A stretch of 64,000 bases of DNA from Candidatus Kuenenbacteria bacterium (GTDB lineage: Bacteria; Patescibacteriota; Patescibacteriia; UBA11705; JABHMO01): positions 72,566 to 136,565 of the forward strand of contig JABMRF010000007.1 of assembly GCA_013202715.1 (NCBI GenBank), in the 5' to 3' direction. Positions within the stretch are counted from its first letter, which is position 1; each line of letters opens with the position of its first letter. Both the position numbers and the translations under genes were made by a program. A model generated the notes under the pieces. The model searched no databases and was not told the origin of the DNA. It worked only from the letters and a program-made list of their open reading frames with translations. Positions 1 through 9,732 of the stretch are shown here, one piece after another.

Positions 1-446
1 TTATCCCTCTTTTTCGAGGAGGAACGGCTGATCTAAATACGACTTTGGCTCTCTCTCTAGTATCTGTGATTGTGGCTAATATTTTTGGTATGGTATCCGT
101 GGGTACATTCAAGCATCTTAATAAGTTTATTAATCTAAAAGCATTGGCCCAAATTCCCGTAAAATTCAGAAAAGATCCAACCATTATTGTGGTGAATCCA
201 ATCAAGTTTTTTGTCGGTCTGATTGAAATAATAGGTGAGATTGCCAAGGTTGCTTCATTGTCGTTTCGTTTATTTGGAAATGTTTTTGCCGGTGAAGTTT
301 TGCTCACGTCAATTGCTGTAATCTTTGCATTTGGACTACCGATTCCGTTTATGTTTTTGGAAATAATTGTCGGAATAATTCAAGCCTTGATATTTGCTAT
401 GCTCAGTTTAGTTTATTTTTCAATAGCTATGAGTGAAGAACATTAA
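1..446 (+). CDS. atpB: F0F1 ATP synthase subunit a, C-terminal part. The ORF is open to the window start (reading frame from nt 3).
   Basis: Hydrophobic C-terminal helices with the conserved LFGNVFAGEV stator motif; followed by atpE-F-H-A-G-D-C in canonical order. Confidence 0.85.
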   Translation, partial: IPLFRGGTADLNTTLALSLVSVIVANIFGMVSVGTFKHLNKFINLKALAQIPVKFRKDPTIIVVNPIKFFVGLIEIIGEIAKVASLSFRLFGNVFAGEVLLTSIAVIFAFGLPIPFMFLEIIVGIIQALIFAMLSLVYFSIAMSEEH

Positions 447-505
447 TTAATTAATAATATAGTTAACTTGATAACGACTTTAAAAACAACATTCCAGTCG
501 ATTAG

Positions 506-736
<231 letters not shown>

Positions 737-803
737 TATTTTTGTTCTGCCTCGATATTTGTTCATCGAGGTAGACTCAAGAATATTAATCCCTAATAGA
801 AAT

Positions 804-1316
804 ATGGATGATTTAATAAAAACATTTTTCATTGATTGGCGTCTTCTTATCGCTCAAGTTATTAACTTTACAATTGTTATTGTGGTTTTGGGTGTCTTTG
901 CTTTGAAGCCATTGGTAAAATTAATGAAAGAAAGAGAAGAAAAAATTAGCAAAGGAATCACTGACGCAGAAAAAATTGAAGAGAAAATAAAGCAAATAGA
1001 AGTAGAAAAAGAACAAGAAATAAAAAAAGGAAGACAGGAAGCCCAAACAATCATTGTCAAGGCAGAAAAACAAGGCGATGAAGTGCGGATTGAAAAAACA
1101 GCCAAAGCGCAAAAAGAAGTTGAAAAAGTTATTGCAGATGCGCGCGCTCAAATCAGATCCGAGAGAACCTTGATGGTTAAGGATGTCAAAGATGAGCTTG
1201 GCGGGTTAATTTCTCTTGCGCTCGACAAGATCGTTTCCGGATCAATTGACGAAAAACAGCACAAAAAATTAATAGAAAAAGCAATTGCGGATTTAAAAGG
1301 AGCGGAGCTTCAATAA
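804..1316 (+). CDS. atpF: F0F1 ATP synthase subunit b
   Basis: N-terminal TM helix then a long charged coiled coil (E/K/A-rich), between atpE and atpH. The ATG at 804 is in frame inside the 717 ORF. Confidence 0.8.
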   Translation: MDDLIKTFFIDWRLLIAQVINFTIVIVVLGVFALKPLVKLMKEREEKISKGITDAEKIEEKIKQIEVEKEQEIKKGRQEAQTIIVKAEKQGDEVRIEKTAKAQKEVEKVIADARAQIRSERTLMVKDVKDELGGLISLALDKIVSGSIDEKQHKKLIEKAIADLKGAELQ

Positions 1317-1318
1317 TT

Positions 1319-1858
1319 ATGAAAATTGCCAAGATAAAACATTACGCAAAATCACTCATAGAGATTGGACAAGGACACAATTGCTTTGAGGAAATTGTTG
1401 ACCAACTGAAAAACGTGGAAGAAAAACTTGCGGAAAATCCGGATTTCAAAAAGTATTTACTAAATAAACGAGTTGGTTTTATAAAAAAAAGAGAAGCGTT
1501 AGAGCACGTTTTTCAGGATTTTTTGAGCAAAAGGACATATAACTTTTTGTATTTATTGATTAAAAATAATAAATTAGTCAATCTTTCCGATATACTGAAC
1601 GAAACGAACAAGGTTAATCTTAAAAATAACAAAATTAAGGAAGTCTTGGTGGAGTCAGTCATTCCTTTGCCATCTGAAATAGAAAAAACAATTAAAAAAA
1701 TAATTGAGAAAAAAATTAACTCGGAAATTATTTTGCGCAATATTATCAATCAGGCGCTTCTCGGTGGGATGAAAATAACGATCGGAGATACGGTAATTGA
1801 TGGTAGTCTGTTCGGCAAGATTTCTAGGTTGCAGAGAAAAATGGAAAATTATGAATAA
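1319..1858 (+). CDS. atpH: F0F1 ATP synthase subunit delta (OSCP)
   Basis: Size, operon position and a C-terminal LLGGMKITIGDTVIDGSL-type motif typical of delta/OSCP. Confidence 0.8.
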   Translation: MKIAKIKHYAKSLIEIGQGHNCFEEIVDQLKNVEEKLAENPDFKKYLLNKRVGFIKKREALEHVFQDFLSKRTYNFLYLLIKNNKLVNLSDILNETNKVNLKNNKIKEVLVESVIPLPSEIEKTIKKIIEKKINSEIILRNIINQALLGGMKITIGDTVIDGSLFGKISRLQRKMENYE

Positions 1859-1892
1859 ATATATAAAATACTAATTGTTAAATAACTATATT

Positions 1893-3425
1893 ATGTCGAA
1901 AAATAAAGATTTTGTAATCGAGAGTCTAAAAAAACAAATAACAGACTTTGATGACCACGTGGCTGTTGATAAAACAGGGCATGTAGTTGAAGTGGGTGAC
2001 GGTATAGCAAAGATTACCGGCCTTGCCGAAGTTATGTCCGCGGAAATGCTTGATTTTGGTGATAACGTTTTTGGCGTTGCCTTGAATTTGGAAGAGGATT
2101 TGGTTGGAGCCATGATTTTGGGTGATTATCTCAAAATTAAAGAGGGGACGGTTGTAAAAAGTACAGGAAGAATTTTGCAGGTTCCTGTGGGAGAGGGGAT
2201 GATTGGCCGAGTTGTAGATCCTCTTGGCGCACCAATCGATGGCAAGGGAAAGATTGAGGCTGCAAAACATTATCCAATTGAAAAAATAGCGCCTGGAGTT
2301 ATTACTCGAAAATCGGTACACGTACCGGTTCAGACCGGAATTAAAGCGATTGACTCAATGATTCCAATCGGTCGTGGACAACGTGAATTGATTATTGGTG
2401 ACAGACAAACAGGAAAAACCGCCATTGCTATTGATACGATTATCAATCAAAAAGGCAAAGATTTGCTTTGTGTTTACGTCGCTATTGGTCAAAAAGAATC
2501 GAAGATCGCTAAAATCGTTGCGAAGTTGGAAGCCGAAGGAGCAATGGACCACACGATCATTGTTGTTGCAGGAGCTTCAATGCCTGCATCACTTAGTTAT
2601 ATTGCACCGCAAGCCGGTTGTGCTATGGCAGAATATTTTATGGACCAAGGTAAGGATGTTCTGATTGTTTATGATGATTTGTCTAAGCACGCTGTAGCTT
2701 ATCGAGAAATTTCACTTTTATTGAAACGGCCACCAGGTCGAGAAGCTTATCCGGGTGATGTGTTTTATTTGCATTCACGGCTTTTGGAACGCTCAGCTAA
2801 TTTGAATGAGGATTTTGGTGGCGGATCAATTACCGCTCTCCCAATTATCGAAACTCAAGCTGGAGATATTTCAGCATATATTCCAACAAATGTGATTTCC
2901 ATTACTGATGGTCAAATCTTTTTGGAAAGTGATCTGTTTTATCAGGGAATTCGCCCGGCTGTAAATGTTGGTTTGTCAGTTTCTCGTGTTGGATCCAGCG
3001 CCCAGATCAAAGCTATGAAAAAAGTGGCTGGAAAATTACGCTTGGAAGTTGCTCAATATCGAGAACTGGCTGCCTTTGCTCAATTTGGGTCTGATCTTGA
3101 CGATGCAACCCAAAAGCAATTGGAAACCGGTAAGCGTATTACAGAAATTCTAAAGCAAGGCCAGTATCAACCGGTAGAAGTGGAAAAACAGGTTATTATA
3201 ATTTACTCAGTTATTAATGGACTGCTTGATGATATTCAGGTGGAAAAAGTTAGTGAGTTTGAAAAGGGCTTGTATAAATATTTTGATAATAGCGCAAAAA
3301 ATGTTTTGTTGGAACTAAAGAAAAAAGGTGTTATGGATGAAAAACTGGAAAAAGATATCATCAAAATTGTGAATGAATACAAAGGAACGGTTGAGGAAAT
3401 GTTATTGAAACCAGAAAAAGAATAA
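1893..3425 (+). CDS. atpA: F0F1 ATP synthase subunit alpha
   Basis: Walker A GDRQTGKT and alpha-specific blocks ([46 protein letters not shown]). Confidence 0.95.
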   Translation: MSKNKDFVIESLKKQITDFDDHVAVDKTGHVVEVGDGIAKITGLAEVMSAEMLDFGDNVFGVALNLEEDLVGAMILGDYLKIKEGTVVKSTGRILQVPVGEGMIGRVVDPLGAPIDGKGKIEAAKHYPIEKIAPGVITRKSVHVPVQTGIKAIDSMIPIGRGQRELIIGDRQTGKTAIAIDTIINQKGKDLLCVYVAIGQKESKIAKIVAKLEAEGAMDHTIIVVAGASMPASLSYIAPQAGCAMAEYFMDQGKDVLIVYDDLSKHAVAYREISLLLKRPPGREAYPGDVFYLHSRLLERSANLNEDFGGGSITALPIIETQAGDISAYIPTNVISITDGQIFLESDLFYQGIRPAVNVGLSVSRVGSSAQIKAMKKVAGKLRLEVAQYRELAAFAQFGSDLDDATQKQLETGKRITEILKQGQYQPVEVEKQVIIIYSVINGLLDDIQVEKVSEFEKGLYKYFDNSAKNVLLELKKKGVMDEKLEKDIIKIVNEYKGTVEEMLLKPEKE

Positions 3426-3426
3426 T

Positions 3427-4386
3427 ATGGCAAAAGGCACAAGAGAAATAAAACGTCGATTGAAATCGGTCGGCAATACCCGCAAAATCACAAAAGCCAT
3501 GGAAATGGTTGCTGCAGCAAAAATGAGAAAGGCTGTTGATTCGGTTTTAGCGACTCGTGACTACGCCAATCTGGCCTGGGCAACGGTTTTGAATTTGTCT
3601 GAAAGAACTGATCAAGAGAAACACGTGCTTTTGGCCAAGAGAGACAAAGTAGAAAATGTTGCTTTGATTTTGATCGGTTCCAATCGGGGTTTGTGTGGAG
3701 GATTTAATCTTCAGGTTGTCCAAAAAGCCATAGCTTCAATAAAAAAACATGAAAAAAATATCAAAAACACAGAAGTGATTACACTTGGAGGAAAATCCAG
3801 AGATATTATTAAAGGGCTTGGTTATAATATTGTGGCTGATTTTGTAAAGGAAGATTTAACCACAAATTCTGATGAGGTTGCACCAATTGCGTCTATGATT
3901 ATAAAAGATTTTATAACGGGTAAATATGACAAAGTATTTGTCGCCTTTACTGACTTTGAATCAAGTATGAAACAGACTGCGAGAGTAAAGCAATTGTTGC
4001 CGATCGAATCTGAACCAGATGACTATCTTGGTGTCGTAGGTAAAAGTGATGGTGCGGGAGTGGGTACCAGAAAAGAATTTATTGACGAGAAAAGAGAAAA
4101 GTATTTGATCAAGGGAAAGTTTCAGTACGAGTATATATTTGAGCCAAGTGCAGAAGAAGTACTTGAGGAAATGCTTCCTCGTTTAATAGAAGTTCAGGTT
4201 TATCAAGCGGTGCTAGAATCAGATGCGTCTGAGCATAGTGCGCGCATGATCGCAATGAAAAATGCATCTGACGCTGCAGAGGATATGATTGATGACCTTA
4301 CATTATCGTTCAATCAAGCTAGGCAGGCCACGATTACTCAGGAAATTGCTGAGATCAGTTCCGGCGCCGTAGCATTGGGTAATTAA
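3427..4386 (+). CDS. atpG: F0F1 ATP synthase subunit gamma
   Basis: N-terminal MAKGTREIKRRLKSVGNTRKITKAMEMVAAAKMRKA, and a C-terminal AEISSGA..LG gamma-type helix. Confidence 0.9.
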   Translation: MAKGTREIKRRLKSVGNTRKITKAMEMVAAAKMRKAVDSVLATRDYANLAWATVLNLSERTDQEKHVLLAKRDKVENVALILIGSNRGLCGGFNLQVVQKAIASIKKHEKNIKNTEVITLGGKSRDIIKGLGYNIVADFVKEDLTTNSDEVAPIASMIIKDFITGKYDKVFVAFTDFESSMKQTARVKQLLPIESEPDDYLGVVGKSDGAGVGTRKEFIDEKREKYLIKGKFQYEYIFEPSAEEVLEEMLPRLIEVQVYQAVLESDASEHSARMIAMKNASDAAEDMIDDLTLSFNQARQATITQEIAEISSGAVALGN

Positions 4387-4426
4387 TTTGAAAATAATTT
4401 TTAATTTTATATATTTAAAACTTTAA

Positions 4427-5806
<1,380 letters not shown>

Positions 5807-5817
5807 AACCAGTTTAC

Positions 5818-6264
5818 ATGAAAATAAATTTTAAAATTGCTACACCTGAGCGAGTTGTGTTCAAGGATGACATAGATTCTGTCACCGTTCCCACTCAGAT
5901 GGGTGAAATTACGATCTTACCAAATCATATTCCATTGATTTCTATTTTGGTTGCCGGTGAAATTACGATTCGAAATGGTGAGGAGACGATAGCAATGTCT
6001 GTTGCAGGTGGTTTCCTCGAAGTTTTATCCACAAAGGTGGTGGTTTTGGCGGACAGGGCAGAGCGATCAGAAGAAATTGATGTAGAACGCGCAACAGAGG
6101 CCATGAAGAGGGCAAATGAACTTCGTGAGGAAAAAGCCGTTGATTCCCGTGAGTTTGCAGCTCTCAGTGCACAAATAGAAAAAGAGATGGCTCGAATCAG
6201 AGTCGGTCGAAAACATTCACGTCGAGTAGAACAACGTGGTTTTAATGTGAAAAAATATAAATAA
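5818..6264 (+). CDS. atpC: F0F1 ATP synthase subunit epsilon
   Basis: 148 aa with a beta-sandwich N-terminus and helical C-terminus, last gene of the operon. Confidence 0.85.
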   Translation: MKINFKIATPERVVFKDDIDSVTVPTQMGEITILPNHIPLISILVAGEITIRNGEETIAMSVAGGFLEVLSTKVVVLADRAERSEEIDVERATEAMKRANELREEKAVDSREFAALSAQIEKEMARIRVGRKHSRRVEQRGFNVKKYK

Positions 6265-6375
6265 CTCGGTTTCGTTATTCGTCTATAAGCTAACACCTAA
6301 CGCCTTCCGCCTACCAGTTATAACCTATAAACTAACAACCTAACAAGCTAACTTCCTAATTAGATATCTAACCTT

Positions 6376-6786
6376 ATGGCACACACATGTAATAATTTTT
6401 TAATGACCTGTATTGATTTCCGTTTTCACAGCGCAATTACAGATTGGGCTGAAAAGCAGGGGATTACGAAGGATTTTGATTTGGTGGCAATTGCTGGAGT
6501 TCAAAAAGCTATTTTGGATGACGATACTAGGAATGCCGCTATAAAACAACTGCACATTTCGGTCCGACTTCACAAGACAAGAACAGCAATTTTAATTGCC
6601 CATCAGGATTGCGGAGCATACGGTGGAAGTTCAGCCTTTGCCAACTGGGACGAAGAAAAAGCAAAATATACAGAAGACTTAAACGAAGCTGAAAAAGTCA
6701 TCAAAGAAAAATTCCCAGAACTGCAGGTCAAGAAGATGATTTTGACTTTTGATGAAAATGAAAAAGTTGAGATTATTGAAGTTTAA
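6376..6786 (+). CDS. Compact beta-carbonic-anhydrase-like zinc protein (paralog A)
   Basis: CIDFR and HQDCGAYGG match the beta-CA zinc-ligand and Asp-Arg dyad motifs (C-x-D-x-R ... H-x-x-C), closest to minimal Cab-type beta-CAs, but only 136 aa. Confidence 0.5.
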   Translation: MAHTCNNFLMTCIDFRFHSAITDWAEKQGITKDFDLVAIAGVQKAILDDDTRNAAIKQLHISVRLHKTRTAILIAHQDCGAYGGSSAFANWDEEKAKYTEDLNEAEKVIKEKFPELQVKKMILTFDENEKVEIIEV

Positions 6787-6810
6787 TTTGAAAATTAATT
6801 TGATATAAAA

Positions 6811-6857
6811 AAATCCCCCGTCTCGAGTTGATCGAGAGGCGGGGGTGTTTTTGTTTT
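6811..6857. terminator. Bidirectional rho-independent terminator between convergent genes
   Basis: cccccgtctcgagttgatcgagaggcggggg hairpin with an A-run before and a T-run after. Confidence 0.7.
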
Positions 6858-7335
6858 AGCGCATGAATGGATTTCTGCCGGGGCACATTCTCTCAGTGAG
6901 AATTTCATCAGCCATCTCCCTAAGTTCAAGAGAGTCGGCCTTGAATCGAATGAGTTTCAGTGTCTCGGTGTCTTTATTTACTAATTTTCGTGCTAACATC
7001 TTCGCCTCAATCGTAGAGCGAATCTCAGGACCGCCATCTTTCCAGAGCAGGAACTGCTTGATTCGGAGCGCATCGATAACCTCGTCAGAATTCATCTTCG
7101 TTTCCAAGTCAGCCTTGAGATGATCCAGTTTTCTCCATGCGTTTGGCATGGCATTGTCAAGCGCTCTTCGCGCAGGGTGCTTGTGACGGAGAATCTTCCA
7201 AAGGTTGTAAAGCTCCATTGGAGTATGTTCTTTTGATTCAACAACTTCGAGTGGCTTTGCAGCCATCACAACCTCGATTTGGAAATCGGTGAAATCGCCT
7301 TTAGCTTTTAATCTTTCTTTTGTGGTAAGTATCAT
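6856..7335 (-). CDS. Hypothetical cytoplasmic protein, divergent partner of the secreted nuclease
   Basis: ORF with an AAGGAGG RBS 5 nt upstream of the ATG at 7335; ~45% GC; no recognisable motif. Confidence 0.45.
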   Translation of the reverse strand: MILTTKERLKAKGDFTDFQIEVVMAAKPLEVVESKEHTPMELYNLWKILRHKHPARRALDNAMPNAWRKLDHLKADLETKMNSDEVIDALRIKQFLLWKDGGPEIRSTIEAKMLARKLVNKDTETLKLIRFKADSLELREMADEILTERMCPGRNPFMR

Positions 7336-7431
7336 TCTTCCTCCTTTTGTGAACGATTTACAATGAATCACTGCAATGCTGTATCTTAGCAGAGCCTAAT
7401 ATTTTTGTCAAGAGTTCGTTACAGATATTCC

Positions 7432-7460
7432 TTGACAAGCGTTTTGATTATGCTAAAATT
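7432..7460 (+). promoter_or_regulatory. Sigma70-type promoter (TTGACA-17-TGcTAAAAT) for the nuclease gene
   Basis: Exact -35 hexamer with an extended -10. Confidence 0.6.
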
Positions 7461-7509
7461 ATATTAATTTAGTTTGTCGATATCTAAAGATTCAACAAAG
7501 GAGGATGTC

Positions 7510-8109
7510 ATGAAAAGATTGGTTTTAATCGGATTGGCAACATTGACAGGACTTGTTCTTTTGGAAATGTTTGTTTTTGGTCCTGTTAATGAATGTTATG
7601 GTGGAGAAAGTGATACAAAGGGAGAAGGTTTTAAAATTGTTGAATTAATCGATTGCTCCGGCGATAAGTTTAGCCCTGATGATGGCGATTCGTTTTACTG
7701 CGTGATAAATGATAAAAAGGTTTTTGTCCGTGTCTTGGGAATTGATACTCCGGAGACAATGCATGAAGAGCATGGAATTTGCGAAAATCAAAAGCTGGGA
7801 CCTGAGGCAACTAAGTTTGCCAATAATATTTTGATGAATGCAAAAAACATTACACTTGTTCACAAAGTCGGTGATGTCGGATCTTACGGCAGACCATTGG
7901 TTCACGTCCTGGTTGACGGTAAATTGTTTGCGCCGATGCTGGTTAAAGCCGGCCTGGCTTATTCAACATTGGAACACTATGGCGATAACGGATTTTCCGG
8001 TTACGCGGCTGAGATTAATCACGTTTGGGCGAACATGACACCTCCTGAATTTGAAAATCCTCATAAGTTTCGGAAAAAGATGCGAGAAAAGTGTCCGCAA
8101 CCGGAATAA
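7510..8109 (+). CDS. Secreted or membrane-anchored thermonuclease (staphylococcal-nuclease-like)
   Basis: N-terminal signal/TM segment; VRVLGIDTPE matches the SNase R-L-x-G-I-D-x-PE calcium/active-site motif. Confidence 0.65.
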   Translation: MKRLVLIGLATLTGLVLLEMFVFGPVNECYGGESDTKGEGFKIVELIDCSGDKFSPDDGDSFYCVINDKKVFVRVLGIDTPETMHEEHGICENQKLGPEATKFANNILMNAKNITLVHKVGDVGSYGRPLVHVLVDGKLFAPMLVKAGLAYSTLEHYGDNGFSGYAAEINHVWANMTPPEFENPHKFRKKMREKCPQPE

Positions 8110-8167
8110 ATTAGTTTTCCCTGTATGTTACACTACATCCAGGGATTTTATTTTATCATTTTGCGCA

Positions 8168-8196
8168 TTGACAAGCTTTTTGGGGCGTGCTATTAT
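8168..8196 (+). promoter_or_regulatory. Sigma70-type promoter (TTGACA-17-TGcTATTAT)
   Basis: Consensus -35 and extended -10 about 35 nt upstream of the ATG at 8232. Confidence 0.55.
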
Positions 8197-8231
8197 CTCT
8201 CAAGTGTCACGGTTCTTTTTACGGAGGCAAA

Positions 8232-8672
8232 ATGTCACATAATTGTTCCGCTGTGATTATCACTTGTATGGATTTTCGGACTCAGCCTGCACTGCATAGG
8301 TTTATGAAAGAAAATGGCCTCATTGGTGATGCTGATGTACTATCATTTCCTGGTGGACCACAGCTTTTGGCCAATGATTTTAACAGAAACAGCAAATTTG
8401 CGTCCGAGATGGCGCTCCTGTCAGTTGGACTTCACAGTGTCAGGACGGTCTACTTGATTGCTCATGATGATTGTATGGCCTATGGCGGATCAGATGCATT
8501 CAAATCCAGAGCAGTTGAAAGAGAAGCATACATGACGGATCTCGTCGACGCTGCGGCTGAGATCAGGAGTTTAGCACCGAAACTTAATCTTGAGATTGTT
8601 TACAAGATTATTGTGATGGACGGCGATGGCTGGGTGGTGATCAATTTTACAGAGGGTGATCTCAATCCCTAA
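8232..8672 (+). CDS. Compact beta-carbonic-anhydrase-like zinc protein (paralog B)
   Basis: CMDFR ... HDDCMAYGG; ~40% identical to paralog A across the C-terminal half; GC ~45%, higher than paralog A. Confidence 0.5.
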   Translation: MSHNCSAVIITCMDFRTQPALHRFMKENGLIGDADVLSFPGGPQLLANDFNRNSKFASEMALLSVGLHSVRTVYLIAHDDCMAYGGSDAFKSRAVEREAYMTDLVDAAAEIRSLAPKLNLEIVYKIIVMDGDGWVVINFTEGDLNP

Positions 8673-8823
8673 GAAAGTAACTCTAGGTGGACAAATCCAC
8701 TTGGAGTTTTTTATTTTATAAAATAGTGTTATAATATGTATATTAAGAATATAAAGAGGTCTTCATAAGTCTAAATAATGCTTCGAATATACTTCTTTCG
8801 CCCTCTTTCGCCTTATTAATTTT

Positions 8824-9321
8824 ATGATAACGCTTGATTACATTTTACTTGGTTTAATTTTGGTAATTGCTTTTTTGGGCTACAAAAAAGGGTTTTTGGA
8901 ATCACTCGGTTCCATAATCGGAATTATTGCGGCCGTAATTGTGGCCGGTCGTTATTTCCCAAATGTAGCCGTCTGGTTTGGCGGTACAAATTTTTCTAAT
9001 ATTATTGCCTTCATTGTAATTTTCAGTTTAACAATAAAAATTGTCAGTTTACTGTTCTGGGTTCTGGGGAAAGTATTTAAAATTGTTACCGTTTTGCCAT
9101 TTATTTCCAGCTTTGATCGTTTACTTGGATTAATTCTTGGTTTTGTGGAGGGAATATTTGTCATGTCAATTATTTTGTATTTTATATTAAAATATCCTCT
9201 GAACGATTGGCTGATGTGGCAGATGTCAATTTCTGCGGTTGCAAAAGTTTTATTGACCGTCGGAAATATTTTTGTCCCTCTTTTTCCTGATGCGCTAAAT
9301 GCGGTGAAGTCGTTTATGTAA
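8824..9321 (+). CDS. cvpA: CvpA-family membrane protein (colicin V production protein-like)
   Basis: 165 aa with 4 TM helices and a CvpA-like helix arrangement (GLILVIAFLGYKKGFL ..., LLGLILGFVEG). Confidence 0.6.
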   Translation: MITLDYILLGLILVIAFLGYKKGFLESLGSIIGIIAAVIVAGRYFPNVAVWFGGTNFSNIIAFIVIFSLTIKIVSLLFWVLGKVFKIVTVLPFISSFDRLLGLILGFVEGIFVMSIILYFILKYPLNDWLMWQMSISAVAKVLLTVGNIFVPLFPDALNAVKSFM

Positions 9322-9416
9322 GTAAGAAGTTAAAAGTTTATAAAGTTCATAAAGTTGGAAAGTTTGAAAGAGAAAATTCAATTGCAACATTCTGAAAACG
9401 ACAATGGAGGTGGATA

Positions 9417-9638
9417 ATGAAAGTAAAAACAAAAGTGCTTGTGGGGAATTCATTTTACGCGCTGGCAATTTTATTGCTATTTGCTTTTAGTGCCGTTGAG
9501 GCCTTAGGGGGGCTAACTGCTTTAATTGGAGTCGCAGCATTGGCATTATGTTTTGGAACTATCGCCATAGTTGTTAAGTCCAATGTGCAGTGGAGTTTAT
9601 ACAAGTCGTTAACATTTGAAAATGGTAATGGCGGATAA
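9417..9638 (+). CDS. Small hypothetical membrane protein
   Basis: 73 aa with two hydrophobic helices; GGAGGTG RBS. Confidence 0.4.
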   Translation: MKVKTKVLVGNSFYALAILLLFAFSAVEALGGLTALIGVAALALCFGTIAIVVKSNVQWSLYKSLTFENGNGG

Positions 9639-9651
9639 TTAATTTGCATTT

Positions 9652-9688
9652 AATTCCGTGTCGAACGTGGCACGGAATTTTTATTATC
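9652..9688 (+). terminator. Rho-independent terminator
   Basis: attccgtg...cacggaat stem followed by TTTTTATT. Confidence 0.6.
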
Positions 9689-9694
9689 CCTTCC

Positions 9695-9724
9695 TTGCAA
9701 AATAGTGATATCTTGTGCTAAAAT
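9695..9724 (+). promoter_or_regulatory. Promoter TTGCAA-18-TGcTAAAAT placing the TSS at or next to the uvrD ATG (leaderless)
   Basis: The -10 ends 8 nt before the ATG at 9733; no SD sequence in between. Confidence 0.5.
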
Positions 9725-9732
9725 GAGAGCAT

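Noticed and set aside
854-1151. Antisense ORFs (854-1105, 921-1151) within atpF
   Set aside because: Low-complexity K/E-rich coding on the sense strand produces F/L-rich shadow ORFs; no RBS.
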